From assembly GCA_045402695.1 (NCBI GenBank), contig JAWPNA010000286.1, positions 1 to 37,738 of the forward strand: DNA of 37,738 nucleotides, given 5' to 3'. How positions within the stretch are numbered: position 1 is the stretch's first letter; each line of letters begins with the position of its first letter. The notes beneath the pieces are model-generated. The model was not told the origin of the DNA. It saw nothing but the letters and a program-made list of their open reading frames with translations, and did no database searches. Source of the stretch: Acidobacteriota bacterium (GTDB lineage Bacteria; Acidobacteriota; Polarisedimenticolia; JACPZX01; DASXTC01). Made by a program: the position numbers and the translations under genes. Shown here in pieces: positions 1 to 8,633 of the stretch.

Positions 1-141
1 GTCGCCGCGGTCAAAGCCGCGACGGACGCTGGCGCCGCCGCGGCGCGCAAGGTGGGTGAGCTCGTCTCCGTGCACGTGATCCCCAGGCCGCACCAGAGCC
101 TCGAGGATCGCCTGCCGATCGGGAAGACCGCCCGCGGCTGA
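1..141 (+). CDS. BMC hexamer shell protein (EutM/PduA/CcmK family), 5'-truncated by the window edge
   Basis: Manual frame-1 translation gives [46 protein letters not shown], with the BMC-H C-terminal HVIPRPH signature. It lies directly upstream of EutN/CcmL genes and is not in the ORF track. Confidence 0.93.
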   Translation, partial: VAAVKAATDAGAAAARKVGELVSVHVIPRPHQSLEDRLPIGKTARG

Positions 142-152
142 GGGGTCGTTAG

Positions 153-449
153 ATGTTTCTCGCACGGATCGTTGGAACCGTCGTCGCCACGCGCAAAGAT
201 GAGCGTCTCGAAGGCTGCAAGATCCTCATCGTGCAGCCGTTGGATCCGTCTGGTCGGGACACGGGCGCTCCGGTCGTAGCGGTGGACACCGTGAGCGCGG
301 GATACAAGGAGACCGTGCTCGTGGTCACGGGTTCTTCCGCCCGCATGACCTCGCGCACCAAAGACGCGCCGGTGGACGCGGCCATCGTCGGGATCGTGGA
401 CACCATCTCCCTGGACCGCTTGACGGACGCGAAAGACTCGACTCGATGA
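153..449 (+). CDS. BMC vertex (pentamer) protein, EutN/CcmL family, copy 1
   Basis: MFLARIVGTVVATRK...VAVDTVSAGYKETVLVVTGSSAR...PVDAAIVGIVD matches the BMC-P pattern. Confidence 0.93.
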   Translation: MFLARIVGTVVATRKDERLEGCKILIVQPLDPSGRDTGAPVVAVDTVSAGYKETVLVVTGSSARMTSRTKDAPVDAAIVGIVDTISLDRLTDAKDSTR

Positions 450-715
450 ACCTCGCGCGCATCGTGGGCCGGATCGTCTCCACTCACAAAGACCCGGGAC
501 TCTCGGGCCGCAAACTGCTCGTTCTGATCCCCCTCGATCACGAGCAGCGAGAGGCCGGAGCTCCCTTCGTGGCGGTGGATGCCGTGGGCGCCGGCGCCGC
601 AGAGCTGGTCATTTTCGTCAAGGGCCGCGAGGCGGCCCATGCCTTCCTCAACGACCACGTGCCCACGGACGCCAGTGTCGTGGGGATCGTCGATCAGGTC
701 GCCCTGGGGGGCTGA
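446..715 (+). CDS. BMC vertex (pentamer) protein, EutN/CcmL family, copy 2
   Basis: MNLARIVGRIVSTHK...AVDAVGAG...GREAA...PTDASVVGIVD. ATGA overlap with the previous gene. Confidence 0.93.
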   Translation: MNLARIVGRIVSTHKDPGLSGRKLLVLIPLDHEQREAGAPFVAVDAVGAGAAELVIFVKGREAAHAFLNDHVPTDASVVGIVDQVALGG

Positions 716-984
716 TGCTCCTGGCCGATGTCAGGGGTCAGGTCGTGGCCACGGCAAAGCATGCCGACTTGGTGGGCCTTGCACTGCTCTTGGTGCGCCC
801 CGTGGCACCCGACGGCCGGGTCTCTGGACCCGACATGATGGCGGTGGACACCGTCGGGGCCGGCGTGGGCGAGCGGGTCCTCGTGGTGGTGGAAGGACGC
901 TCCGCGGGGGAGGCGGTGCGCCTCTGGGCGGCCCCCCTGGATGCCGCCATCGTGGGCATCGTCGATCGGATCGACCCCGCCTGA
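715..984 (+). CDS. BMC vertex (pentamer) protein, EutN/CcmL family, copy 3
   Basis: MLLADVRGQVVATAK...AVDTVGAGVGERVLVVVEGRSA...PLDAAIVGIVD. TGATG stop/start overlap. Confidence 0.93.
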   Translation: MLLADVRGQVVATAKHADLVGLALLLVRPVAPDGRVSGPDMMAVDTVGAGVGERVLVVVEGRSAGEAVRLWAAPLDAAIVGIVDRIDPA

Positions 985-1097
985 AAATCCCCGATGTCCA
1001 AGCCGATCCAGGTTGGTTCTTCCCGAACCTCCCGCTTGCCTGTCCAAGGGCCGGGCACCATCTTATAGCGGCCCAGGTGACCGACGGAGAGCTCCAG

Positions 1098-3068
1098 ATG
1101 CACGAGGCCCGCGTCAAGGCGTTGATCGAAGGCGCATCGGAACGGTACAACGACGGCCGTTACGATGAGGCCATCAACATGTGGCGAGAGGCGCTCGCCC
1201 TGGATCCCAGGAACCAGAAAGCCCAGGAAGGGATCCGCATGGCGAGTCTCCTCGCAGTTGACTGGGAGGACCCGGCGCCCGATGGCGGCGAGGAAGCGGC
1301 GCTGGACTCCAAGGAGCTTCACGCGCGCATCGAGGCCGGGATCGGTCGGGTCCGGGAGCTGGTGGCCAGCGGCCGGTTCTCCGAGGCGCGTGAGGGTTGC
1401 GCGCTGCTCGAGGAGATCGCTCCCGGTATGGATGAGGTCCTCCACCTTTCGGAGGAGGTGAGGCAGGCCGCATCCGGGCTGGGTATTCGGCCGGCCCGCG
1501 CGGCGCAGGCGCCCGAAGATCAGACGCGCAACATCGAGCATCAGATGGAGAAGGCGCGCAAGGCTCTGGCGGAGGGGCACGACCAGGAAGCCGCGGCCGC
1601 GGTCACGCGGGCGCTCGAGATCGATCCCTCCAACATGGAAGCATGCGGCATCCTGTCGCTGGTGGGTGGAGATGCAACTCTTCCCGGCGTGTCCGGCGTC
1701 GTGGGGACCCCCGATCCGCCGGCGCGGGAGGATGAGACCGAGGGCGCGACGGTCCCGGCTCGCAAGGAGATGGGCCGGATCGAGGCCCTGCTCAAGGAGG
1801 GGGAGACCGCGTTCGCTGAGGGCCGCCCGGAGACGGCCATCGAGGTTTGGTCCCGCATCTTCGCCATTGACCGGAGCAACGCCGAAGCGGGCGCGCGCAT
1901 CGACCGTGGCAAAGCCGCGCTGGAGGAGAAAGCCCGACAGCTCGACGAGCTCTACTTCAAGGCGGTGGACGAGCAGAATCAGGGGCGTCCGGAAGAGGCT
2001 CTGGAGGTATTCCGGCAGCTGCTGCAGATCAGTCCCAACCATCCCGAGGCCCTGGCGTGCATCGAGGAGATCACGAATCGTCAGAAAGAGGGCGAGCGGC
2101 CGATCGAGATGAACCTGGAGGCGGTCAAGGAGGTCGGGTCGGGGAGGAGATCCGGCGCTGATGAGGGAAAGGGCGACGCCTTCGACGGATCGTCCGTGCC
2201 TCTCGCCGATTTCGAGCAGCCCGAAGCGGTCTCCCCGGTTTTCCCGGCGTCGGCGCGGCCCGCGAAGCGCTCGGTGGGGAAGGGCCGCGGATCCGGACGT
2301 GGGTGGAAGCGTCCAGTGGTCACCGCCGCGTGCCTCGTGCTGCTGGTCGCCATCGGGACCGGTGCCTATCTCTGGTTTGGAAGTGAAACCGGCTCCATGC
2401 CCGAAGCCCAGGCGACGCCATTGCCCACGGCGCCGAAGCCGCCGCGGCCCGCCCCGGCCGCGAAGGCGCCCGCGGCGCCCTCCGCGCCGCTGGAGGTCGT
2501 CCCCGGCTCGACTCTCAGGACGCCGCCGCCCGTTCCCTCTCCGGAGGAGGCCGAGGACCTGCGTGAGGAGGCGGCAACGTTCGAGCGCCAGGGGCGCAGC
2601 TTCTATCAGCAGAAGCGTTGGGCCGACGCCGTCATCAGCTTCCGCAAGGCGCTCTCAGTGGATCCCGTGGACTTCGGCTCGCAGGAGATGCTCGACAAGG
2701 CCATGGCTTCGCTGGAGAACCAGGCACGCTTCGAGCGTGAGATGGATGAAGCCAACAAGGCATTCGCCGAGGCCGACTACGCGACCGCCCTGCAGAAGTT
2801 CTACCGGCTCCAGCAGGATTATGTCGAGGCGAAGGAGCTGGACACCCGCATCAAGAACTCCTGGTTCGACTGGGGCGTGGTCCTGCTGCAGGAGGGAGCC
2901 GCCGACGAGGCGGCCGAGAAGTTCACCGAGGTTCTGGACATGGACCGTCAGGATCGAGAGGCGTCCCGCGCCCGCGAGATGGCGCAGCGCTACCACCGCA
3001 GGCAGGCCGACAGCGTGCTCCTGTCGTTCGCGTCGGCGCTGCGCATCAGGCCGCTCGACCAGCCCTGA
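1098..3068 (+). CDS. Single-pass membrane TPR-repeat protein
   Basis: Start moved to ATG 1098 (GGAG about 8 nt upstream; the longer ORF overlaps the BMC genes). Several TPR-like helices (EAINMWREALALDPRN, EALEVFRQLLQISPNH, DAVISFRKALSVDP), a central hydrophobic helix VVTAACLVLLVAIGTGAYLWF, then a Pro/Ala-rich linker. Confidence 0.8.
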   Translation: MHEARVKALIEGASERYNDGRYDEAINMWREALALDPRNQKAQEGIRMASLLAVDWEDPAPDGGEEAALDSKELHARIEAGIGRVRELVASGRFSEAREGCALLEEIAPGMDEVLHLSEEVRQAASGLGIRPARAAQAPEDQTRNIEHQMEKARKALAEGHDQEAAAAVTRALEIDPSNMEACGILSLVGGDATLPGVSGVVGTPDPPAREDETEGATVPARKEMGRIEALLKEGETAFAEGRPETAIEVWSRIFAIDRSNAEAGARIDRGKAALEEKARQLDELYFKAVDEQNQGRPEEALEVFRQLLQISPNHPEALACIEEITNRQKEGERPIEMNLEAVKEVGSGRRSGADEGKGDAFDGSSVPLADFEQPEAVSPVFPASARPAKRSVGKGRGSGRGWKRPVVTAACLVLLVAIGTGAYLWFGSETGSMPEAQATPLPTAPKPPRPAPAAKAPAAPSAPLEVVPGSTLRTPPPVPSPEEAEDLREEAATFERQGRSFYQQKRWADAVISFRKALSVDPVDFGSQEMLDKAMASLENQARFEREMDEANKAFAEADYATALQKFYRLQQDYVEAKELDTRIKNSWFDWGVVLLQEGAADEAAEKFTEVLDMDRQDREASRAREMAQRYHRRQADSVLLSFASALRIRPLDQP

Positions 3069-3191
3069 CCCGCCCTTCCCCGCCTGAGCCGGGGGCCGCC
3101 CCGCCGACATACCTTCCCGCACCCGCTATACTTCTTGTCGCTGCATCGGTGAGTTTGGCCTGCTCGAAACATTCGAGGCACGGGGGTATCC

Positions 3192-5033
3192 ATGCGTGGG
3201 ACAAGACCTGCAACGTGGCTCAGGTGGATGAACGCCACCGGCGCGATCGCGATCGCCGTGGCGATGTCGGGAAATCGGGCTGACGCCCGCGGCGCGGTTC
3301 AGGGCAGGGCGGCTGCGGACGAGGCCCGGACTTTCGTCGAAGAGGCCGAGCAGCGTCTGCTCGATCTCGGCATCAAGGCATCGCGCGCCCAGTGGGTCCA
3401 GAACAACTTCATCACCCACGACACGGAAATCCTCGCGGCCGAGGCGCAGAAGAATCTGGTGGCCGCGCAGATGGAGCTGGCCAAGGGAGCCGCGCGGTTC
3501 GACCGAATCGATCTCCCCTACGATGTCGCGCGCAAGCTGAGGCTTCTCAAGACATCGATCACCCTGTCGGCCCCGGGCGACCCCGCCAAGCAGACCGAGC
3601 TGTCCGAGATCGCCGCAGGCATGGAGAGCCGCTACGGCAAGGGAGAGTACTGCCGTCCCGGTGGCGAGTGCCTGGACATCAACCGGCTGGGGCGCATCAT
3701 GGCTCAGAGCAGGGATCCCGCGGAGCTCCTCGACGTGTGGCGCGGCTGGAGGACCATCTCGCCGCCGATGCGCCCGCAGTACCGCCGCTTCGTGGAGCTG
3801 GCCAACGAGGGTGCCCGCGATCTGGGTTACCACGACCTGGGCGCCCTGTGGCGATCTGGATATGACATGCCCCCCGATCAATTCTCCGCCGAGCTGGATC
3901 GCTTGTGGCAACAGGTCAAGCCGCTGTACGACGCGCTGCATTGCCACGTGCGTGCCTCGCTCGCCAAGGTGTACGGCGAGAGCCTCGTGCCGGCGGGCAA
4001 GCCGATCCCGGCGCATCTGCTGGGAAACATGTGGAGCCAGAGCTGGAACAACATCTATCCGCTCGTCGCGCCCCCCGGCGGCGATCCCGGATTCGACCTG
4101 ACGCTGCTCCTGCGTGCAAAGAATCTGGACGCGCGCGAGATGGTCCGGTACGGTGAGCGATTCTTCCTCTCCCTGGGGTTCGACCCGCTGCCCGAGTCGT
4201 TCTGGCCGAGGTCTTTGTTCACCAAACCGGCCGACCGGGAGGTGGTGTGCCACGCCAGCGCGTGGGACATCGACCTGGCGGACGACCTGCGCATCAAGAT
4301 GTGCATGGAGATCAACGACGAGGATTTCTCCACCATCCATCACGAGCTGGGCCATAATTTCTACCAGCGAGCGTACAACCGTCAGCCGCCGCTGTACCGG
4401 GACGGTGCCAACGACGGCTTTCATGAGGGGATCGGCGACACGCTGGCCCTCTCGATCACGCCGGAGTATCTGGTGGAGATCGGGCTGCTCGACAAGGCCC
4501 CGCCCGCGAGCAGCGATCTGGGTCTCCTGATGAAGATGGCCCTCGACAAGGTGGCCTTCCTTCCCTTCGGACTCCTGGTGGATCAGTGGCGCTGGAAGGT
4601 CTTCTCTGGAGAGATCGGACCCGAGGAGTACAACAAAGCGTGGTGGGACCTGAGGCAGCGCTACCAGGGGATCGCAGCCCCCGTGCCGCGCAGCGAGAGC
4701 GATTTCGACCCGGGAGCCAAGTACCACGTCCCCGCCAACACTCCGTACACCCGCTACTTCCTGGCGGACATCCTGCAGTTCCAGTTCCACCGGGCGCTGT
4801 GCAAGACGGCGGGGCAGGGAGGACCGCTGCACCGCTGCTCAATCTACGGAAGCAAGGAGGCCGGCGGGCGCCTGAAGAAGATGCTCGAGATGGGAGCCAG
4901 CCGCCCGTGGCCGGAGGCGCTGGAGGCGGTCAGCGGCGAGACCCGCATGGACGCCACGGCCATCCTGGATTACTTCGCGCCCCTGAAGGCATGGCTCGAC
5001 GAGCAGAACAAGAACCGCACCTGCGGCTGGTAG
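3192..5033 (+). CDS. Peptidase M2 family (angiotensin-converting-enzyme-like peptidyl-dipeptidase), probably secreted
   Basis: HHELGH zinc motif, downstream GANDGFHEGIGD, plus PAHLLGNMWSQSW, CHASAWD and FDPGAKYHVP motifs typical of ACE. Hydrophobic N-terminal leader; exact start uncertain. Confidence 0.93.
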   Translation: MRGTRPATWLRWMNATGAIAIAVAMSGNRADARGAVQGRAAADEARTFVEEAEQRLLDLGIKASRAQWVQNNFITHDTEILAAEAQKNLVAAQMELAKGAARFDRIDLPYDVARKLRLLKTSITLSAPGDPAKQTELSEIAAGMESRYGKGEYCRPGGECLDINRLGRIMAQSRDPAELLDVWRGWRTISPPMRPQYRRFVELANEGARDLGYHDLGALWRSGYDMPPDQFSAELDRLWQQVKPLYDALHCHVRASLAKVYGESLVPAGKPIPAHLLGNMWSQSWNNIYPLVAPPGGDPGFDLTLLLRAKNLDAREMVRYGERFFLSLGFDPLPESFWPRSLFTKPADREVVCHASAWDIDLADDLRIKMCMEINDEDFSTIHHELGHNFYQRAYNRQPPLYRDGANDGFHEGIGDTLALSITPEYLVEIGLLDKAPPASSDLGLLMKMALDKVAFLPFGLLVDQWRWKVFSGEIGPEEYNKAWWDLRQRYQGIAAPVPRSESDFDPGAKYHVPANTPYTRYFLADILQFQFHRALCKTAGQGGPLHRCSIYGSKEAGGRLKKMLEMGASRPWPEALEAVSGETRMDATAILDYFAPLKAWLDEQNKNRTCGW

Positions 5034-5148
5034 CCGTCAACGGCGGATGACCCTGGCCAGGGAGGCCCGAATCCGCTAAGGTGGACGGGTCCACCGGGCA
5101 TCGATCGTGAAGCGGTCGGCCCCAATCACCTCTTGGAGGAATAAAGAC

Positions 5149-5604
5149 ATGCTCAGGACCATTGTTCGCGGCAAGCCGCTCTGGACGCTCGTACTCGCGG
5201 TGGCCGTCGCCGGAGCCGCCTACGCGGGCGGAGCAGACTGCCACGGCAAGGGAGCCGCCGCATCGGCGGGCGACAAGGGCGCGCACTGCAAGTTGATGAA
5301 GAACGTCACCAAGACCGCGAAACTGACGGAAGACGGCGCCGTCGTCACACTCGAGGGCAAGACGGACGAGGCGGTCCAGCACATCAAGTCCCACCTCGAG
5401 ACTCACGCCAATCACGAGGCCTGCCCGGACTGCCCGATGTCCATGGATGGCGTCACATCCGAGGTGAAGCTCACGGACAAGGGCGGAGAGATCACTCTCA
5501 CCGGTTCGAACACAGACACCATCAAGGCGGTGCAGGAGTGGGCTCAGAAGCCGGCCGGCGGCTGCTGCGCGGGCCACGAGCACTCCCAGAAAGCCTCGCT
5601 GTAA
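5149..5604 (+). CDS. Secreted His/Cys-rich hypothetical protein with an internal two-fold repeat
   Basis: GGAGGA Shine-Dalgarno before ATG 5149, signal peptide ending AYA, 6 Cys and 8 His in the mature part. Confidence 0.75.
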   Translation: MLRTIVRGKPLWTLVLAVAVAGAAYAGGADCHGKGAAASAGDKGAHCKLMKNVTKTAKLTEDGAVVTLEGKTDEAVQHIKSHLETHANHEACPDCPMSMDGVTSEVKLTDKGGEITLTGSNTDTIKAVQEWAQKPAGGCCAGHEHSQKASL

Positions 5605-5614
5605 TCATCATCAT

Positions 5615-5649
5615 TGAAGGTGGAGGGGCATTCAAGCCCCTTCACTTCA
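5615..5649. terminator. Hairpin between convergent genes (likely terminator)
   Basis: TGAAGGTGGAGGGGC-attcaa-GCCCCTTCACTTCA imperfect inverted repeat between the stops at 5604 (+) and 5666 (-). No clear U-tract. Confidence 0.55.
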
Positions 5650-5665
5650 CAACGATGGTTCCAGG

Positions 5666-7216
5666 TCAGTGCCTGAAGTGCCGGCGGGCGGTGAAGACCA
5701 TCGCCAGGCCGCGCTCGTCGGCAGCCTGGATCACTTCCAGGTCCTTGACCGAGCCGCCCGGCTGGATGATCGCGGTGACGCCCGACCGCGCCGCCTCGTC
5801 CACGCCGTCGCGGAATGGGAAGAAGGCATCGGAAGCGAGCACGCTTCCCTTGAGGTCGGAGGTGGCCTTGGCCGCACCCAGCTTCACGGCGTCCACGCGG
5901 CTCATCTGTCCCGCGCCCACACCCGCGGTGGCGGTGCCTTTCGCGTAGACGATCGCGTTGGACTTGACGTGCCGCGCCACCGTCCAAGCGAACAGCAGCG
6001 CCTCGGTTTCCTCCACCGACGGCGGCCGCTTCGTGACCACCTTGAACTCCACCTGTGTTTCCGTCACCCGGTCCCGATCCTGCACCAGAAGCCCGCCGGT
6101 CACCCTCTTGAAATCCCGTCCGCCCTCCACGCGCGAGGCAGCCCCCGTTCTCATCAGGCGCAGGTTTCTCTTCGAGCGCAGGGTCTCGATGGCTTCCTGG
6201 GTGAACTCCGGTGCGATGACCGCCTCGAGGAAGAGATGGGCCATCTCGCGGGCGGCGTCGCCCGTCACGGGACGGTTGAAAGCGACGATCCCTCCGAAGG
6301 CGGAGACAGGATCCGCGGCCAGCGCCCGCCGGCAGGCGTCGGCGGCATCGTGCCCCAGCGCCGCCCCCGCGGGGTTGGTGTGCTTGATGACGGCGCAGGC
6401 CGGCGGCTCGAAGTCATTCACCAGTCCCCAGGCGGCGTCGAGGTCGAGGATGTTGTTGAAGGAGAGCTCCTTGCCCTGAAGCTTCTCGGCCGTCACGGCG
6501 GAGGGTGCCGTCTCGAGAGGGTCGGAGTACAGCGCCGCCGACTGGTGAGGGTTCTCCCCGTAGCGCAGGTCGGCGGTCTTGCGGAACGTCAGTGTCAACG
6601 CGCCGGGATACGCGCCGCTCGTCGAGAGGCGCAACATGTAGTCGGCGATCAGGGCGTCGTAGGCCGCGGTGTGGGAGAACGCCTTGGCGGCCAGATCCGT
6701 CCTTGTGGACGCCGACACGCCGCCCCCGGCGCGCACCTGGGCGAGCACCGTCTCGTAGTCGCCCGGATCGACCACGACCGCCACGTGCCGGAAGTTCTTG
6801 GAGGCGGATCGGATCATGGCCGGGCCGCCGATGTCGATCATCTCGATGATGGCGGTGGAGTCATCGGGCCGGCTGCGCAGGGTGCGCTCGAAGGGATACA
6901 GATTCACCGCCACCAGATCGATCATCTCGATGCCGTGCTCGCGCGCGGCGCGCATGTGCTCGTCGTTGTCGCGCAGCGCCAGCAAGGCTCCGTGAACCCT
7001 GGGGTGCAGGGTCTTCAACCTCCCGTCCATCATCTCCGGGAAACCGGTGAGATCGGCCACCTCGCGCACGGGGAGGCGCTCGGCGAGAAGGGCGCGAGCC
7101 GTGCCGCCCGTCGAGATCAGCTCGACACCGGCTTCGTGAAGGCCGCGAGCGAACCCGGTGATCCCCGTCTTGTCGTACACGCTGACAAGAGCGCGCTTTA
7201 CCCGCGGGGCCGTCAT
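5666..7216 (-). CDS. purH: Bifunctional AICAR transformylase / IMP cyclohydrolase
   Basis: [62 protein letters not shown] and C-terminal RHFRH. Start set to MTAPRVK (ATG 7216). Confidence 0.98.
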   Translation of the reverse strand: MTAPRVKRALVSVYDKTGITGFARGLHEAGVELISTGGTARALLAERLPVREVADLTGFPEMMDGRLKTLHPRVHGALLALRDNDEHMRAAREHGIEMIDLVAVNLYPFERTLRSRPDDSTAIIEMIDIGGPAMIRSASKNFRHVAVVVDPGDYETVLAQVRAGGGVSASTRTDLAAKAFSHTAAYDALIADYMLRLSTSGAYPGALTLTFRKTADLRYGENPHQSAALYSDPLETAPSAVTAEKLQGKELSFNNILDLDAAWGLVNDFEPPACAVIKHTNPAGAALGHDAADACRRALAADPVSAFGGIVAFNRPVTGDAAREMAHLFLEAVIAPEFTQEAIETLRSKRNLRLMRTGAASRVEGGRDFKRVTGGLLVQDRDRVTETQVEFKVVTKRPPSVEETEALLFAWTVARHVKSNAIVYAKGTATAGVGAGQMSRVDAVKLGAAKATSDLKGSVLASDAFFPFRDGVDEAARSGVTAIIQPGGSVKDLEVIQAADERGLAMVFTARRHFRH

Positions 7217-7989
7217 TCGCGCGCCTTGGGAGTGCCGGCCTGGGGGGACGGGGCGGTGCTGCTCGCGAGATAGGGAGTGCCGTGCATGTCGCCGCGCGCA
7301 CTCTTCCAGATGTGCAGCCATATCCTGGCCGTGTCGGTCACACAGCGAGAGTAGCATAGCGACCCGATGCCGAAGGGCAGCGACCGATCGTCGAATCGCT
7401 GCACCGCCGGGACGGGATTCCCCGGGCTGTAAGCGCGGCTGATGTAACCGTAGTACCGGCGGGCCCGGCTCACGGCCGCTTCGGCGAAGCCGGCCACGTC
7501 GCCCGCGTCCAGCAAATCGTCGGACCAGCCGTAGAAGACGAGAGGGTACTTCCCGAGATTGCCCTCGACGTACAGCGCGTAGTCGATGGCGTATTCCGAC
7601 TCGCGGGGATCCGCATCCGCGGCCTGCAACGGATCTTGGAGCGTGCAGACCCAGTGCGCCAGCGCTCCGAAGCGCCGCGAGATCTCCGCGAACGGGCGGT
7701 GCTCGTTGATGGACTTCTGGATCTCGCGGGCGATCGTCTCAACCCTGGCGGGAGCGCCGGCCGGAGCGCCGCCGGATTTCCCGGAGGACGCCTCGGCCAC
7801 TCCCGAGGCCACCTCCTCGAAGTGGGCCTGGAGAATCCGGCGTAATGACGGAGGCATCAGCCGCGCCGATTCGCGGGCCACCCGGCGTTCCAGCTCCGGA
7901 GTCCAGGCGCGCGCCTCGGTGTCGGCGCAGGCGGCGAGAAGGGCAAGACCCGCTGCGGCGCATTTGATTCGGCGGGCTCGCCGCTGCAT
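7213..7989 (-). CDS. Secreted hypothetical protein with a degenerate zinc-dependent phospholipase C / S1-P1 nuclease-like pattern
   Basis: Signal peptide ending ARA followed by Trp; GALAHWVCTLQDPLQ resembles GxxxHxxxDxxxPLH. The stop overlaps the purH start (ATGA). Confidence 0.6.
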   Translation of the reverse strand: MQRRARRIKCAAAGLALLAACADTEARAWTPELERRVARESARLMPPSLRRILQAHFEEVASGVAEASSGKSGGAPAGAPARVETIAREIQKSINEHRPFAEISRRFGALAHWVCTLQDPLQAADADPRESEYAIDYALYVEGNLGKYPLVFYGWSDDLLDAGDVAGFAEAAVSRARRYYGYISRAYSPGNPVPAVQRFDDRSLPFGIGSLCYSRCVTDTARIWLHIWKSARGDMHGTPYLASSTAPSPQAGTPKARE

Positions 7990-7997
7990 GAGGCTTC

Positions 7998-8633
7998 CTA
8001 CTCGGGGAGACGGTCGAGAGGAAGCTGGATGTTGCCCGACTCCTCCAGAAAGTGGCGCAGCTTGACCACCATCAGATTCCGGTTGTTCACGATCTGCGGA
8101 TTGAACTTCACTTCGACCAGATCGGGCTTCAGAGCCAAAGCCTCGAGGTACAGCTCGATGGCCTTGTCGTAATCCCCCTGCTCGTCGTAGAGGGTGCCCA
8201 GGTTGTAGTGGGCGAGCGCGTAGGATCGGTCGATGGAGATCGCCTTCTGGAAGGCGCCCTTGGCAGGCAGCACCCTGCCGAGCTTCTTGTAGGTCGTCCC
8301 GATGTTATTCCAGGGAATGGGTGATCGTGAGTCCAGCCTGGCTGCGGCTTTGAACTCTCTTAGGGCCTCCTTCATGTGATTCTCGAGGACGAGCTGGTTG
8401 CCGAGGTTGTTGTGCAGCCCCGCGTTCTCGGGGTCGGAGGCCAGCCGCACTTTGTAGGCGGTGATCGGATCGGCCGCGGCCTCCTTCTTCCAGAGACTCT
8501 CCACGTCCACCGACATCGCCGGCGAGTCCGAGAGGCTCTCGGGTGTGCGCTTGTGCCCGCAGCCCGCCATGCCGGCCGCGATCACGGCCACCACGGCCGC
8601 CGCGAGGGTCCCGCGGTAGCGTTTCATGTTCAC
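7998..8633 (-). CDS. TPR-repeat lipoprotein
   Basis: Basic N-terminus, hydrophobic stretch and lipobox-like MAGC; three clear TPRs (HNNLGNQL, WNNIGTTY, HYNLGTLY). Start is GTG 8633 or ATG 8627. Confidence 0.85.
   Translation of the reverse strand: MNMKRYRGTLAAAVVAVIAAGMAGCGHKRTPESLSDSPAMSVDVESLWKKEAAADPITAYKVRLASDPENAGLHNNLGNQLVLENHMKEALREFKAAARLDSRSPIPWNNIGTTYKKLGRVLPAKGAFQKAISIDRSYALAHYNLGTLYDEQGDYDKAIELYLEALALKPDLVEVKFNPQIVNNRNLMVVKLRHFLEESGNIQLPLDRLPE

Noticed and set aside
579-1097. N-terminal extension of the 829-aa ORF
   Set aside because: It overlaps two clear BMC-P genes in another frame and reads as low-complexity Arg/Gly; an SD-supported ATG lies at 1098.
3126-7273. Long antisense ORFs (3126-4832 -, 5669-7273 +) and similar ones opposite uvrA and other genes
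   Set aside because: These are shadow frames of well-supported genes, expected in high-GC DNA, and carry no recognisable motifs.
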